From the NCBI GenBank assembly GCA_022711655.1, contig JAKLEM010000003.1, positions 10,710 through 74,709 of the forward strand: 64,000 bases of DNA. Direction: 5' to 3'. Every line of letters begins with the position of its first letter. Within the stretch, counting starts at the first letter, position 1. Under the pieces are notes generated by a model. It had not been told where the DNA came from. It did no database searches and worked only from the letters and a program-made list of their open reading frames with translations. This DNA comes from Candidatus Auribacterota bacterium (GTDB taxonomy: Bacteria > Auribacterota > Ancaeobacteria > Ancaeobacterales > Ancaeobacteraceae). Of this stretch, positions 36,771 through 48,569 are shown piece by piece. A program made the translations under genes and the position numbers.

Positions 36771-37019
36771 TTATGCCTTCGCGGCTAATTTCTTCTCAAT
36801 GAAATCGATCGCGTTACCGACGGTCTTCAGCTTTTCGGCTTCTTCGTCGGGGATCTCCGCCTGAAACTCCTCTTCGAGCGCCATGACCAGCTCAACCGTA
36901 TCTAAAGAGTCGGCGCCGAGGTCTTCGATGAACGACGCTTCGCGCGTCACTTCATCGGCGTTGACTCCCAACTGTTCGACGATCAGGTCTTTCACTTTCT
37001 GCTCAACATTTACTGACAT
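36771..37019 (-). CDS. acpP: Acyl carrier protein
   Basis: 82 aa with the phosphopantetheine attachment motif [19 protein letters not shown]. Confidence 0.97.
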   Translation of the reverse strand: MSVNVEQKVKDLIVEQLGVNADEVTREASFIEDLGADSLDTVELVMALEEEFQAEIPDEEAEKLKTVGNAIDFIEKKLAAKA

Positions 37020-37071
37020 CGCATCCTCCCTTACGTTTGTTAGCTTCTCCGTCTGTCTTCCGTATATACCT

Positions 37072-37815
37072 TCACATTACCATACCGCCGTCAATGGTAA
37101 TGACCTGCCCGGTTATGTACCGCGAGAGATCGCTTGCGAGGAACAGGACCGCATCGGCAACCTCGTCCGGCGTCCCCATCCGCCCGAGCGGGATGTTCTC
37201 GAGCATCTTCTTCTTGATCTCTTCCGGGATCACGTGCGTCATCTGGGTATCGATAAACCCGGGAGCGACCGCGTTCACGTTGACGTTCCGCAACGCAAGC
37301 TCTCGGGCGGCCGACTTCGTCAACCCCATCAGCCCGGCCTTGGACGCCGCGTAATTCGCCTGACCGATATTCCCGATCAACCCGATGATCGACGCGATGT
37401 TGACGATCCTGCCGCTGCGCGCCTTCATCATCGGCTTGGCGACCGCCTTGGTAAAGGTGAACGCGCCTTTCAGGTTGACGTTCAGGACGAGATCCCAGTC
37501 TTCTTCCTTCATCCTGATCAAAAGTCCGTCGCGCGTCAGGCCTGCATTGTTGACTAGTATATCGATGCGTCCGAAGTTGTCAATAATTTTGTTAACGCAG
37601 TCATTGACCTCTTTTTCATTGACGACATTGACCTTGTACGCCGCCGTTTTAACTCCATTCGATGCAGCCAGTTCCGCCGCCGTACCCTGCGCCGCAGCCT
37701 CGTTGATATCGCATATCGCCAGATGAGCGCCTTCAGCGGCGAACCTCGCGCTGATCGCCTTGCCGATCCCCTGCGCTCCGCCCGTGATCAAAGCTACCTT
37801 TTCTTTAAGAAGCAT
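37072..37815 (-). CDS. fabG: 3-oxoacyl-ACP reductase
   Basis: SDR family protein with [15 protein letters not shown] and YAASKAG motifs, in the expected operon position. Confidence 0.93.
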   Translation of the reverse strand: MLLKEKVALITGGAQGIGKAISARFAAEGAHLAICDINEAAAQGTAAELAASNGVKTAAYKVNVVNEKEVNDCVNKIIDNFGRIDILVNNAGLTRDGLLIRMKEEDWDLVLNVNLKGAFTFTKAVAKPMMKARSGRIVNIASIIGLIGNIGQANYAASKAGLMGLTKSAARELALRNVNVNAVAPGFIDTQMTHVIPEEIKKKMLENIPLGRMGTPDEVADAVLFLASDLSRYITGQVITIDGGMVM

Positions 37816-37879
37816 ACGTCCCTCTTTTTCTTAGGTTTTTTCAGTTCACGCCCGGCGGCCATCCGCACCCGCCCGACCA

Positions 37880-38869
37880 TTACCACTTAATGACGCATGA
37901 ACCCCACGTCAACCCGCTTCCGAAAACGACCATCAGGATGATATCCCCTTTTTTCAGCTTGCCGGACCTGATCACCTCGTCCAGCCCAACCGCCGTCGAA
38001 GCTGACGACATGTTGCCGTATCTGTCGACATTCTTATACACTTTCTCGTCGGGGAGCTCTAGCCGTTTCGCGAGCGCGCTGATGATCCGCATGTTCGCCT
38101 GATGCGTTATCAGCCATGTGATATCGGCCGTCTTGAGGCCGGCGCGCTTGAGCACTTCTCCGGTCGCCTGCTCCATAGCGGTCACGGCGCATTTGAAGAC
38201 CTCCCTGCCTTCCATCTTCAAGAAATGCAGCCTGTTCGCGATCGTATCGACTGTCGCGGGGATCTTCGACCCGCCGGCCGGCAGCATAAGGAGGTTCGCC
38301 GAAGACCCGTCGCTGGCAAGATAGGTCGTGACGATGCCGCTCTCCGACTTGTCGGCGACGAGGACCGCCGCTCCCGCGCCGTCGCCGAACAGGATGCAGG
38401 TGCTCCGGTCGGTCCAATCCACGATAGACGATAATTTCTCGGCGCCGACGATGAGCGCGTTCTTGTACGCGCCGCTCTTGAGGAACATGTTCGCCACTTC
38501 GACGCCGTAGATGAACCCGGAGCAGGCCGCGCCGATGTCGAAGCAAAAAGCGTTCTTCGCGCCGATCTTTTCCTGCAGGAGACACGACGTTGACGGGAAC
38601 TGCATATCGGGAGTGATCGTCGCGACGATGATAAGGTCAAGATCGAGCGGGGCGAGCTTAGCTGATTCCAGCGCGCGCCGCGATGCGACGACGGCAAGAT
38701 CGCTGGTCGACTGATCGGGGGCGGCTAAATGGCGCTCCTTGATGCCGGTCCGCGTCATGATCCACTCGTCCGACGTGTCGACCATCCGCTCGAGGTCAGC
38801 GTTCGAGAGCACCTTGTCAGGGACATACGAACCGGTGCCGGCAATCCTCACACGTATAGGCTTCGTCAT
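37880..38869 (-). CDS. fabH: 3-oxoacyl-ACP synthase III
   Basis: 329 aa with the active-site region DIGAACSGF, plus HQANMRI and GNMSSAS. Confidence 0.93.
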   Translation of the reverse strand: MTKPIRVRIAGTGSYVPDKVLSNADLERMVDTSDEWIMTRTGIKERHLAAPDQSTSDLAVVASRRALESAKLAPLDLDLIIVATITPDMQFPSTSCLLQEKIGAKNAFCFDIGAACSGFIYGVEVANMFLKSGAYKNALIVGAEKLSSIVDWTDRSTCILFGDGAGAAVLVADKSESGIVTTYLASDGSSANLLMLPAGGSKIPATVDTIANRLHFLKMEGREVFKCAVTAMEQATGEVLKRAGLKTADITWLITHQANMRIISALAKRLELPDEKVYKNVDRYGNMSSASTAVGLDEVIRSGKLKKGDIILMVVFGSGLTWGSCVIKW

Positions 38870-39909
38870 ACGCTCACCTGAACCGATTTGGACGCCTGGG
38901 CCAAGATCACGTTGTTGTACTGCTTTACGATGTTGATGATGTGCCTGTCGACGTTATGATCGACAAACTCCCGTGCGACCCGGAGCGCGTTCTTGATCGC
39001 CTTCGGGTTGGACCGGCCGTGACAGATGATGCAGGTTCCGTTCACGCCGATCAGCGGCGTGCCGCCGTACTCGGCGTAGTCGGCCTTCCTGCCGATCGCG
39101 CGGAACGCGCCGGACAGCAAGAGGCCTCCCAGTTTGCGTATCGGGTTTGCGTAGATCTCTTTTTTGATGATGTCCACCAAAAAGGTCGACAGGCTTTCGC
39201 TCACCTTCAAGACAACGTTGCCGACGAAACCGTCCATGACGACCACGTCCGCAGTCCCTGAATAGACGTCCCGGCCTTCCACGTTCCCGATGAAATTGAT
39301 GGGCGCCTTTTCGAGCATCTTGAACGCCTCGCGGGTAAGGTCGTTGCCTTTCGATTCCTCCTCGCCGATGCTGAGGAGGCCCACGCGGGGAGATTCGAGG
39401 CCAAGGATATCCCTGGCGATGATATTGCCCATGAGGGCGAAATGGACGAGCTGCATCGGCCGGCAATCGGTATTCGCGCCGAGGTCGAGCAGCACCGTCT
39501 TCCCTTTCCTGTTCGGCAGGATGGTCGCGATCGCGGGACGCTCCACCCCTTCCAGGAACCTGAGCTTCAGCTTCGTCGCCATCACGACGGCGCCGGTATT
39601 GCCCGCACTGACCACGGCGTTCGAGCTTCCCTCCTTGACGAGCTGAGCGGCAACGCTGATCGACGAATCTTTCTTCTTGCGTAGGCCGAAAAGGGGCGAT
39701 TCCCCCATCTCGATCGTTTCGGAGGCATGGTGGATGGTGAAATTGAGACTGGCGGCGCCCAGCCGGTCCAGCTCTTTTTCGATCTTCGACCGGTCGCCAA
39801 CCAGAATAAGAGAGGTGCCGGTCTTATCTTCACGCAAAAACTGTACGGCACCTTCAACGATCGCAGCGGGAGCGAAATCGCCTCCCATTGCATCTAACGC
39901 TATCTTCAA
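38866..39909 (-). CDS. plsX: Phosphate acyltransferase PlsX
   Basis: KIALDAMGGDFAP N-terminus. I place the start at TTG (39907-39909), 5 nt after GAGGTG. The track ATG at 39963 adds 18 unlikely residues. Confidence 0.9.
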   Translation of the reverse strand: MKIALDAMGGDFAPAAIVEGAVQFLREDKTGTSLILVGDRSKIEKELDRLGAASLNFTIHHASETIEMGESPLFGLRKKKDSSISVAAQLVKEGSSNAVVSAGNTGAVVMATKLKLRFLEGVERPAIATILPNRKGKTVLLDLGANTDCRPMQLVHFALMGNIIARDILGLESPRVGLLSIGEEESKGNDLTREAFKMLEKAPINFIGNVEGRDVYSGTADVVVMDGFVGNVVLKVSESLSTFLVDIIKKEIYANPIRKLGGLLLSGAFRAIGRKADYAEYGGTPLIGVNGTCIICHGRSNPKAIKNALRVAREFVDHNVDRHIINIVKQYNNVILAQASKSVQVSV

Positions 39910-40030
39910 AGTGATCACCTCTAAACCGGATAAACCGGAAATGACCAATGACCAATTTCCCAACGTCCGACATGTAACGAAACCGTCCCGGGATCTGGCT
40001 CATTGGACATCGGACATTACGCAACGCGTA

Positions 40031-40210
40031 TTATGCTTTCTTCTCGACGATCTGCTTTTCGCCGTAATAACCGCAGTTGCCGCAGACATGATGCGCCACC
40101 TTGGGCTGGCCGCAATGAGAGCATGCTCCCGCGTCAGGCTTGTACAGCTTTATCTGAGCGCGTCTGGTACGGCCGCGCGTCTTTGAATGTCTTCGTTTAG
40201 GTATACCCAT
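40031..40210 (-). CDS. rpmF: 50S ribosomal protein L32
   Basis: Internal start MGIPKRRHSKTRGRTRRA...CSHCGQPKVAHHVCGNCGYY (59 aa, zinc-ribbon form). Confidence 0.93.
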   Translation of the reverse strand: MGIPKRRHSKTRGRTRRAQIKLYKPDAGACSHCGQPKVAHHVCGNCGYYGEKQIVEKKA

Positions 40211-40311
40211 ACACACCTCTCGTTGGTTACTGTCGTTTGTTCCGGTTACCGTCGGATACCGCAGGGCGCCGCCGTGCGTAACCAGTATCAACCGGCTGCC
40301 CCTGCCGGTGC

Positions 40312-40770
40312 CTATTCGAATTTGAGCTTATCCAAGCCTCCGAAGCGCGGGTCGACCCACTTACTGGAACAGTCGCAGGCAGAGACATTTAGGTCTTTTC
40401 CGCAATGGGGGCAGAGCCCCTTGCACTCCGTCGTGCAAAGCCTCTTCATAGGAAGCGCGATGATAATATATTCCCTGATATTTCCTGTCAAGTCAATTGT
40501 CTCCCCTTCGGAAGCGGGGCCGTCGAAAAGATAGTCGTCGATCACGACCGGCTCCCGGATCTCTTTTAGGCACCGGGAGCAGTCAGCCGCCGTTTCGATC
40601 GATATGCTCCCCCGGACAAGCAGCTGGCCCGAAATGAAGTCGGCATGAACAGAAATATGGACCGGCGAAACAAACCGGCTGAAGACCGGCTCGATATCAT
40701 ACTCCTCTACCGGCTCGTCAACCTCGATATCCATACCCCCGTCAGGAATACGGTCGATCTCGATTTTCAT
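40312..40770 (-). CDS. yceD: YceD/DUF177 family protein (large ribosomal subunit accumulation protein)
   Basis: Internal start MKIEIDRIPDGG. C-terminal Cys motif CKGLCPHCGKDLN..CDC. It sits in the conserved position upstream of rpmF. Confidence 0.8.
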   Translation of the reverse strand: MKIEIDRIPDGGMDIEVDEPVEEYDIEPVFSRFVSPVHISVHADFISGQLLVRGSISIETAADCSRCLKEIREPVVIDDYLFDGPASEGETIDLTGNIREYIIIALPMKRLCTTECKGLCPHCGKDLNVSACDCSSKWVDPRFGGLDKLKFE

Positions 40771-40810
40771 ACTATGGTTTCCTTTTGGCGACCGGCCGGA
40801 GACGCGCCCG

Positions 40811-41302
40811 TCAGGACCGGTTCGCGGCGGAGAGCTTTCTGCGGAGCAGGGCGGCGACGCAGGGCGGGACAAAACGCGCCACGTCGCCGCCGAGGGTTGC
40901 GATCTCTTTGATGGCCCGCGAACTCAGGTACGAATACTGTTCGCTCGACATGAGAAAGACCGTCTCGATCCGCTCGTCGAGCTTTCGGTTCGTCAGCGCC
41001 ATCTGGAATTCGTACTCGAAATCGGATATAGCCCGCAGCCCCCTGACGATCACATTCGCTTTGTTCTGGCGGACAAAATTGACGAGGAGCCCGTCGAACG
41101 TATCGATAGAAATGCCCTTGATCCCTTTCGTCGCCTGTTTGAGCATATCGACGCGCTCTTGCAGCGTGAAGAGCCCCCGTTTCTCGGGGTTGAGCACGAT
41201 GGCAAGTGTCAAATTGCCGAAAATACTGACCGCCCGCTTCGCGACATCGATATGCCCGAACGTAACGGGGTCGAAGCTGCCCGGATAGATCACTTTTCTC
41301 AT
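40811..41302 (-). CDS. coaD: Phosphopantetheine adenylyltransferase
   Basis: Internal start MRKVIYPGSFDPVTFGHIDV, which contains the (H/T)xGH nucleotidyltransferase motif. Confidence 0.93.
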   Translation of the reverse strand: MRKVIYPGSFDPVTFGHIDVAKRAVSIFGNLTLAIVLNPEKRGLFTLQERVDMLKQATKGIKGISIDTFDGLLVNFVRQNKANVIVRGLRAISDFEYEFQMALTNRKLDERIETVFLMSSEQYSYLSSRAIKEIATLGGDVARFVPPCVAALLRRKLSAANRS

Positions 41303-41345
41303 ACAGATGACCTCTTTGGCAATAATGCCCTGCGCCATGCGCGTA

Positions 41346-41930
41346 TCATTCGGGCTGTTTGTCGAACCGGTAGACCGCCAGGCAGGTGTCGCCGTACTCC
41401 TTTTCCTTCAGGAACGACAGCTTCCTGCCGAAAAACTCGAACCGGTCTTTCTTGAAACGCTCTATCACTACCAACCCGCCCGCCTCAAGGATATCCGAAT
41501 TGTCTATGATATGCAACAAATTTTGGTTCGGCGACACCGTGTGCGCATCAGGCTTTTTATGATACGGGGCGTCGATAAAGACGATATGGAACTTCTCGCC
41601 GGTACGGGAGAGCTTTTCGACCGCCCTGAACGCGTCGATCATCATGATCCGGGAGCGCCCGGCGAGCCCCAGCGCGTCAAGGTTCTCCCTGATGATATCG
41701 GCGCAGCGGCGGTTCTTCTCGACGAATACGGCCGAGACCGCGCCCCTGCTGAGCGCCTCGATGCCGAGCCCGCCGAAGCCGGCAAACAGGTCGAGAACTC
41801 GCGCGCCGGGCACCGCGCCCGCGATCACGTTGAAGAGAGATTCGCGAACCATGTCCGAGGTCGGCCGAGTCCCCTCGACCTTGCCGGTCTTGAGTATCCT
41901 GCCTCTGAGCTCGCCTGCGATAATCCTCAT
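41346..41930 (-). CDS. rsmD: 16S rRNA (guanine966-N2)-methyltransferase RsmD
   Basis: MRIIAGELRGRILKT..GTRPTSDMVRESLFNVI..VLDLFAGFGGLGIEALSRGA..DAPY. Confidence 0.85.
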   Translation of the reverse strand: MRIIAGELRGRILKTGKVEGTRPTSDMVRESLFNVIAGAVPGARVLDLFAGFGGLGIEALSRGAVSAVFVEKNRRCADIIRENLDALGLAGRSRIMMIDAFRAVEKLSRTGEKFHIVFIDAPYHKKPDAHTVSPNQNLLHIIDNSDILEAGGLVVIERFKKDRFEFFGRKLSFLKEKEYGDTCLAVYRFDKQPE

Positions 41931-41981
41931 AACGCAAAGTCTCCCCTTGAATAAACAGCGGCTTCTTGCGTCAAGCAGTGA

Positions 41982-43946
<1,965 letters not shown>

Positions 43947-44041
43947 GTGAAATCCGAAGCACGAAATTCGAAATACGAAACCTCAAACTCGAAACAATTA
44001 CACGTCGTTTCGGATTTCGATATTCGAATTTCTGATTTTCA
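43947..44041. repeat. Inverted array of NCGAAAY heptads (7 direct, 5 inverted) in the macA-macB spacer
   Basis: Left arm, in 7-nt register from 43947: gtgaaat ccgaagc acgaaat tcgaaat acgaaac ctcaaac tcgaaac. Right arm, from 44007: gtttcgg atttcga tattcga atttctg attttca. Confidence 0.8.
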
Positions 44042-44087
44042 CATCAGCCTGACGGAATCGCACATTCTCCGACCAAGCGGTGTTACC

Positions 44088-45065
44088 CTATTGATCTTTC
44101 TTTTTCCTGCGCTCCGGCATGAAGGGGTTCTTGCCCGAGCTCTGGCTTTTCGGCAGGACCTTCAGCTTCTCTTTGACAAGGATCTTGTCTTCGGGAGATA
44201 GCCCGGAGACTATCTCCGTGCTCTTGTCTTCGCTGATGCCGATCTCGATCTCGCGGCGCTCGCCCTGCTTTTTCAAGCCCCGGCTGACCGTGACATAGTG
44301 TTTGCCGCCTTCCCTCGTGATCGCCTCGTCGGGCACCGTCAGGACATGCTCTTTGCTCTTCGCGATGACGCTGATGTTCGCACTCATCCCCGAGCGCATG
44401 AAGTCGGGGCGCTCATCAGGGAGAATGTCGACCTCGTACATCGTCACGTTGTTGACGATGACCGACTCGTATGCGATATGGTCGACCTTCCCCTTGATCG
44501 GCTTGTCAGGGTAGGCATCGAGGCTGATCGAGGCGGTTTGCCCCACCTTGACCTTCCCGATATCGACCTCGTCGAACTGCGCCTTCACGATAAGACGGTC
44601 CGACAGGACGAGCACCGGGTCGCTCGTCATGACCGTCTGTCCCGGCTCGACCGCCCGCACGATCACTTCCCCTTCTATCGGCGCGATAAGCGGGGCCGGC
44701 TTGTAGACGTCTTTCCAATAATTCGATTCTTTCTTGTCGCGCGAGCTCGCGGCGTCGACCAGCGCGGCGCGCTCGGTGGAGCTCATCCATGCCAGGGTAT
44801 CGCCGACCTTTACCATATCACCCTCTTTGACCAGGATCTCGTCGATCCGGCCGCTGATGGGCGGCTTGATCTCAAGGCGGTTCTGGGGATCCACCTTCCC
44901 GGTGGTGGTGATCAGGACCTGGATATTCCTGTATGCGGGCGCGATCTCCGCATAGATATCGGTCGCCGCCTTGCCGCTCATCTTCCGCATGTAGAGATGC
45001 CCCGCGACGATCCCCAGCGCAACAAGCACTGTCAGTGCGCCGGTCATCAGCTTCTTATGTTTCAT
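44088..45065 (-). CDS. macA: MacA/HlyD-type periplasmic adaptor (membrane fusion protein)
   Basis: N-terminal TM segment, a biotinyl-lipoyl-like motif (ISGRIDEILVKEGDMVKVGDTLAWM), and a beta-barrel domain. It lies between tolC-like and macB. Confidence 0.8.
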   Translation of the reverse strand: MKHKKLMTGALTVLVALGIVAGHLYMRKMSGKAATDIYAEIAPAYRNIQVLITTTGKVDPQNRLEIKPPISGRIDEILVKEGDMVKVGDTLAWMSSTERAALVDAASSRDKKESNYWKDVYKPAPLIAPIEGEVIVRAVEPGQTVMTSDPVLVLSDRLIVKAQFDEVDIGKVKVGQTASISLDAYPDKPIKGKVDHIAYESVIVNNVTMYEVDILPDERPDFMRSGMSANISVIAKSKEHVLTVPDEAITREGGKHYVTVSRGLKKQGERREIEIGISEDKSTEIVSGLSPEDKILVKEKLKVLPKSQSSGKNPFMPERRKKKDQ

Positions 45066-45090
45066 AACGTATCCCTTTGGCTCGCTATCC

Positions 45091-46371
45091 TTATTGCGGA
45101 TTGTCGGTCTCCAGCGTCCCGCCCTTCGCCTGGATCCAGTTCGCCTCTGCGACGAGCATGGCCGCCTTCGCGTCGAGAACCGCCTGTTTCGCCTTCACCA
45201 GATTGTCCTCGATAATGATCCAGTTGTCAAACGACATAAGCCCGATCGAATATTGCGCGTTCGAGATCTTCGACCGCTCGGCGGCCGCCTCGAGGAACTT
45301 CTCCGTGACCTTCTCGTTCTCCATCGCGTTCTGGAATTTCGTCCAGGTATCCTCCAGCGTCAGGATGACGCCGTCGCGGCCGCTCTTCTCGTCGGCCCGC
45401 AGCTGCTCGAGCACGGCCTTGGCTTTATCGACGTCGCCGATCCGCAATCCCCCTTGAAATATCGGCCAGTTAACGCTGACGCCCGCCATCCATCCCGACT
45501 GATCGGGCATCAGGTAATCGGCAGTTTCATTAAAAGACGCTTTCGCGAATACCTGGGGAAAGAATTCTGCCTTCGCGGCCTTGAGGCTGTACTTAGCAGA
45601 CTCTTTGCGAGCCATGATCTCCTGGAGGAACGGGATACTTTCCGCCATCGGCTCGAATGCGGGCCTTTCGAGCGCCGGGTCCTTGACCCGGAAATCCCCC
45701 ACGGCGTTCATCCTGATCAATTTCGATTCCCCCAGCGTCTTGGTCAGGCGCCGCTGGGCCAGCCCGATATTCCGCCCGGCCTGCACCACGTCCTTCTCGG
45801 CCTGCGCCTGGTTGGCATAGGCGGTAAGCAGCGCGCCCATGTGTTCGCGCCCCGCCTTGTAACGCATGTTGATCAGGTCGCTGTCCTGTTTCCGGATCTC
45901 CATAATCTCGCTTGCGATCGTCAGGAATTCCTGCGCGCGCATGAGCTCGACGAACGCCTGTCGCAGGTTGAGCCGCACGTTTGACGAAACGACGTCGTAA
46001 TTATACGCCGCCGACCGTATCTTTTCCGCTTCGGCGTTCGTGCTGTTCCATGTCTTGAACCCGTCGAAAAGCAGCTGCGAGGCCGTGACCCCGTATTGGT
46101 ACGTGTCATTCGCATTCGCCTTCAGACCGGAGGCCGATGTCTGATACGGTATCGCGTTGCCGATAAACTGCGGCCACAGGGCGCTCCCCACGATCCGCTT
46201 CTGGGCGTCCGCCTGCATGATCTTCTCGCGCGCCGACACGAGCTCGGGGTTCCTCTTTTTCGCATGGAGGACGCAGTCCTGCCAGGTCATGGGTTCTTCG
46301 GCTCTGAGAGACGCCCCACTGAAAAATAACGCAACGACCATCATGCAATACATAGCTTGTGGCTGCTTCAT
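45091..46371 (-). CDS. TolC-like outer-membrane efflux protein
   Basis: 426 aa with a signal peptide and duplicated OEP repeat architecture. It is the first gene of the tolC-macA-macB unit. Confidence 0.8.
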   Translation of the reverse strand: MKQPQAMYCMMVVALFFSGASLRAEEPMTWQDCVLHAKKRNPELVSAREKIMQADAQKRIVGSALWPQFIGNAIPYQTSASGLKANANDTYQYGVTASQLLFDGFKTWNSTNAEAEKIRSAAYNYDVVSSNVRLNLRQAFVELMRAQEFLTIASEIMEIRKQDSDLINMRYKAGREHMGALLTAYANQAQAEKDVVQAGRNIGLAQRRLTKTLGESKLIRMNAVGDFRVKDPALERPAFEPMAESIPFLQEIMARKESAKYSLKAAKAEFFPQVFAKASFNETADYLMPDQSGWMAGVSVNWPIFQGGLRIGDVDKAKAVLEQLRADEKSGRDGVILTLEDTWTKFQNAMENEKVTEKFLEAAAERSKISNAQYSIGLMSFDNWIIIEDNLVKAKQAVLDAKAAMLVAEANWIQAKGGTLETDNPQ

Positions 46372-46447
46372 GAGATTGTCCTATACATTGTTACTCATCC
46401 ACCCTTTTCAGCGGGTGACAGGGTAGCATCCTTTCGGCACATTCCTA

Positions 46448-48538
46448 CTACCCCACCGAAATGAGATTCAATTTATCCTTATACAGTTCCCGGAACGCCC
46501 TGCGCAGCGGCTCGTAACGCGGGTCGGTCTTGACGCCGGGATCGGCGAGCAGCGCCTCCGCCTCTTTCCGGGCGCGCTGCATCTCCGCGAGATCGGTGAT
46601 GATGTTGCCAACCTTCAGCTCGGGCATGCCGTGCTGACGCTCGCCGAAGAATTCGCCGGGGCCGCGGATCGCGAGATCCTCCTCGGCAATGACGAACCCG
46701 TCGGAGGTTTTCTTCATGATCGAAAGTCTTTTGACGCCGTCCTCGGTCTTCGGGTTCCCTTCTAATATGCAAAAAGATTTATGGCTGCTTCGCGCGACGC
46801 GCCCGCGGAGTTGATGGAGTTGGGCAAGGCCGAAGCGCTCGGCGTTCTCGATCAGGATGACCGTGGCATTGGGGATGTCGATCCCCACCTCTATGACCGT
46901 CGTCGATATCAGGATCGCGATCTCACCCCGGTTGAAACCCTGCATTATCGCCTCGCGCTCCTCGGTCTTGAGCTTCCCGTGGACCAATCCGACAGGGATC
47001 CCCTTGAAGGCGGTTTTCGCCAGATGGTCGGCCATCTTGACCGCGGCCTTCAACTCCGCGTTGACAGACTCGTCGATGACAGGGTAGATGATATACGCCT
47101 GGCGCCCCTCTTTCACCTGTTTCGAGATAAACCCGTACGCGTCGGCAAGCTTGTTCTTGCCGATCCAATAGGTCATTACCTTTTGGCGGCCGGGGGGGAG
47201 CTCATCGATAACCGATATGTCGAGGTCGCCGTAGACCGTCAGCGACAGCGTCCGCGGGATCGGCGTAGCCGTCATCACCAGGACGTCGGGCGTCTCCCCT
47301 TTCCCCTTCAGCGACGCGCGCTGGGCAACGCCGAATTTATGCTGTTCATCGATCACCACGACCCCGAGCCGTTTGAACGCCACCGACTCTTCGATCAGCG
47401 CGTGCGTGCCGATCAGGATGTCGATCGTGCCGCCGCGCAGCTCCTCCAGCAGCCCGGTCCGGTCGTTTTTCTTTTTTTCGCCGGACAGGAGCGCGATACG
47501 AACCGGCAGGCCGCCCGCGAGTTTTTTGATATTCCGGTAATGCTGCTCGGCAAGGACTTCGGTCGGCGCCATCAGCGCGCCCTGATATCCGCCGTCGACC
47601 GCCGTAAGCAGCGCGGCGACCGCCACGATCGTTTTCCCGCAGCCCACGTCCCCCTGCACGAGCCGGTTCATCGGCTTCGGCTGCGCCATGTCCAGCCGGA
47701 TCTGCTCGACAACCCGTTTCTGGGCACCCGTCAGCGGGAACGGGAGCGACCCGATGAATGTACGCTGCAAATCACCGTCAACCGTATGCGCGATCCCCTT
47801 CACGTGCGCCGTTCGGGATTTCCTGAGGACAAGCGCCAGCTGGAACAGGAAAAATTCTTCAAAAACGATCCGGTCGCGCGCGCGGCCCTGCGCCGCAAAG
47901 CTCCCGGGATAATGGAGATTCTCCAGCGCGTCGCGCAGCCCGATCAGGCGAAGACGCTCGCGCATCTCATCGGGCAGCGTCTCTTCGATATGAGGGCCGG
48001 AGGCGTCAAGCGCATGCCTGACGACCGACCTCATGAGGCGCTGGTTGAGCTGCTCGGTGAGCGGATAGACGGGAACGATGCGCCCCATATTCAGGCAGTC
48101 TTCGCCGTCGGATTCGATAAGCTCGTATTCGGGGTTCTGCATCTGCAGCTTCTTGCCGTACAGCTGCACCCTGCCATAGATTATCACGTTGTCACCGGCG
48201 TGAAACCGCTCGTCGAGATAGGGCTGGTTAAACCAAACGGCGTAGACGACGCCGGTATCGTCGCCGACCGCAAGCTGGAAGATCCAGAGCCCGCCCCTGA
48301 CACGGCGCTTCCCTTTCGCTAGCACGGTCCCGCGGATCGTCTCGAACTGCCCGACGGAACGGATCTCGCCGATCGCCTTGAGCCGGCTGCGGTCCTCGTA
48401 GCGGCGCGGCGCCAGATAGACCAGATCTCTGACGGTATGGACGCCAAGCTTCGCGAGGAGCTCTCCCCTCCGGGGACCGACCCCTTTCACGAACTGCACC
48501 GATGATTGAAAAAAATCCTGATCTGTTTTCAGCATCAT
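46448..48538 (-). CDS. recG: ATP-dependent DNA helicase RecG
   Basis: Wedge domain, helicase motifs GDVGCGKT and DEQHKFGV, and QLHQLRGRV. The start is placed at MMLKTDQ (48536-48538), since the track start would overlap the divergent gene. Confidence 0.93.
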   Translation of the reverse strand: MMLKTDQDFFQSSVQFVKGVGPRRGELLAKLGVHTVRDLVYLAPRRYEDRSRLKAIGEIRSVGQFETIRGTVLAKGKRRVRGGLWIFQLAVGDDTGVVYAVWFNQPYLDERFHAGDNVIIYGRVQLYGKKLQMQNPEYELIESDGEDCLNMGRIVPVYPLTEQLNQRLMRSVVRHALDASGPHIEETLPDEMRERLRLIGLRDALENLHYPGSFAAQGRARDRIVFEEFFLFQLALVLRKSRTAHVKGIAHTVDGDLQRTFIGSLPFPLTGAQKRVVEQIRLDMAQPKPMNRLVQGDVGCGKTIVAVAALLTAVDGGYQGALMAPTEVLAEQHYRNIKKLAGGLPVRIALLSGEKKKNDRTGLLEELRGGTIDILIGTHALIEESVAFKRLGVVVIDEQHKFGVAQRASLKGKGETPDVLVMTATPIPRTLSLTVYGDLDISVIDELPPGRQKVMTYWIGKNKLADAYGFISKQVKEGRQAYIIYPVIDESVNAELKAAVKMADHLAKTAFKGIPVGLVHGKLKTEEREAIMQGFNRGEIAILISTTVIEVGIDIPNATVILIENAERFGLAQLHQLRGRVARSSHKSFCILEGNPKTEDGVKRLSIMKKTSDGFVIAEEDLAIRGPGEFFGERQHGMPELKVGNIITDLAEMQRARKEAEALLADPGVKTDPRYEPLRRAFRELYKDKLNLISVG

Positions 48539-48547
48539 AAGTATATG

Positions 48548-48559
48548 ATAGTATACTAT
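48548..48559. promoter_or_regulatory. 12-bp perfect palindrome ATAGTATACTAT in the 31-bp recG/glycosyltransferase divergent spacer
   Basis: The sequence is self-complementary and reads TATACT (-10-like) on both strands. Confidence 0.3.
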
Positions 48560-48569
48560 TCCGACATCG

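Noticed and set aside
37816-37879. Absence of fabD between fabH and fabG, considered as a possible deletion or pseudogene scar
   Set aside because: The spacer is only 64 nt and carries no remnant of a coding frame. fabD is presumably encoded elsewhere. This is noted only as context for the FAS/Etf finding.
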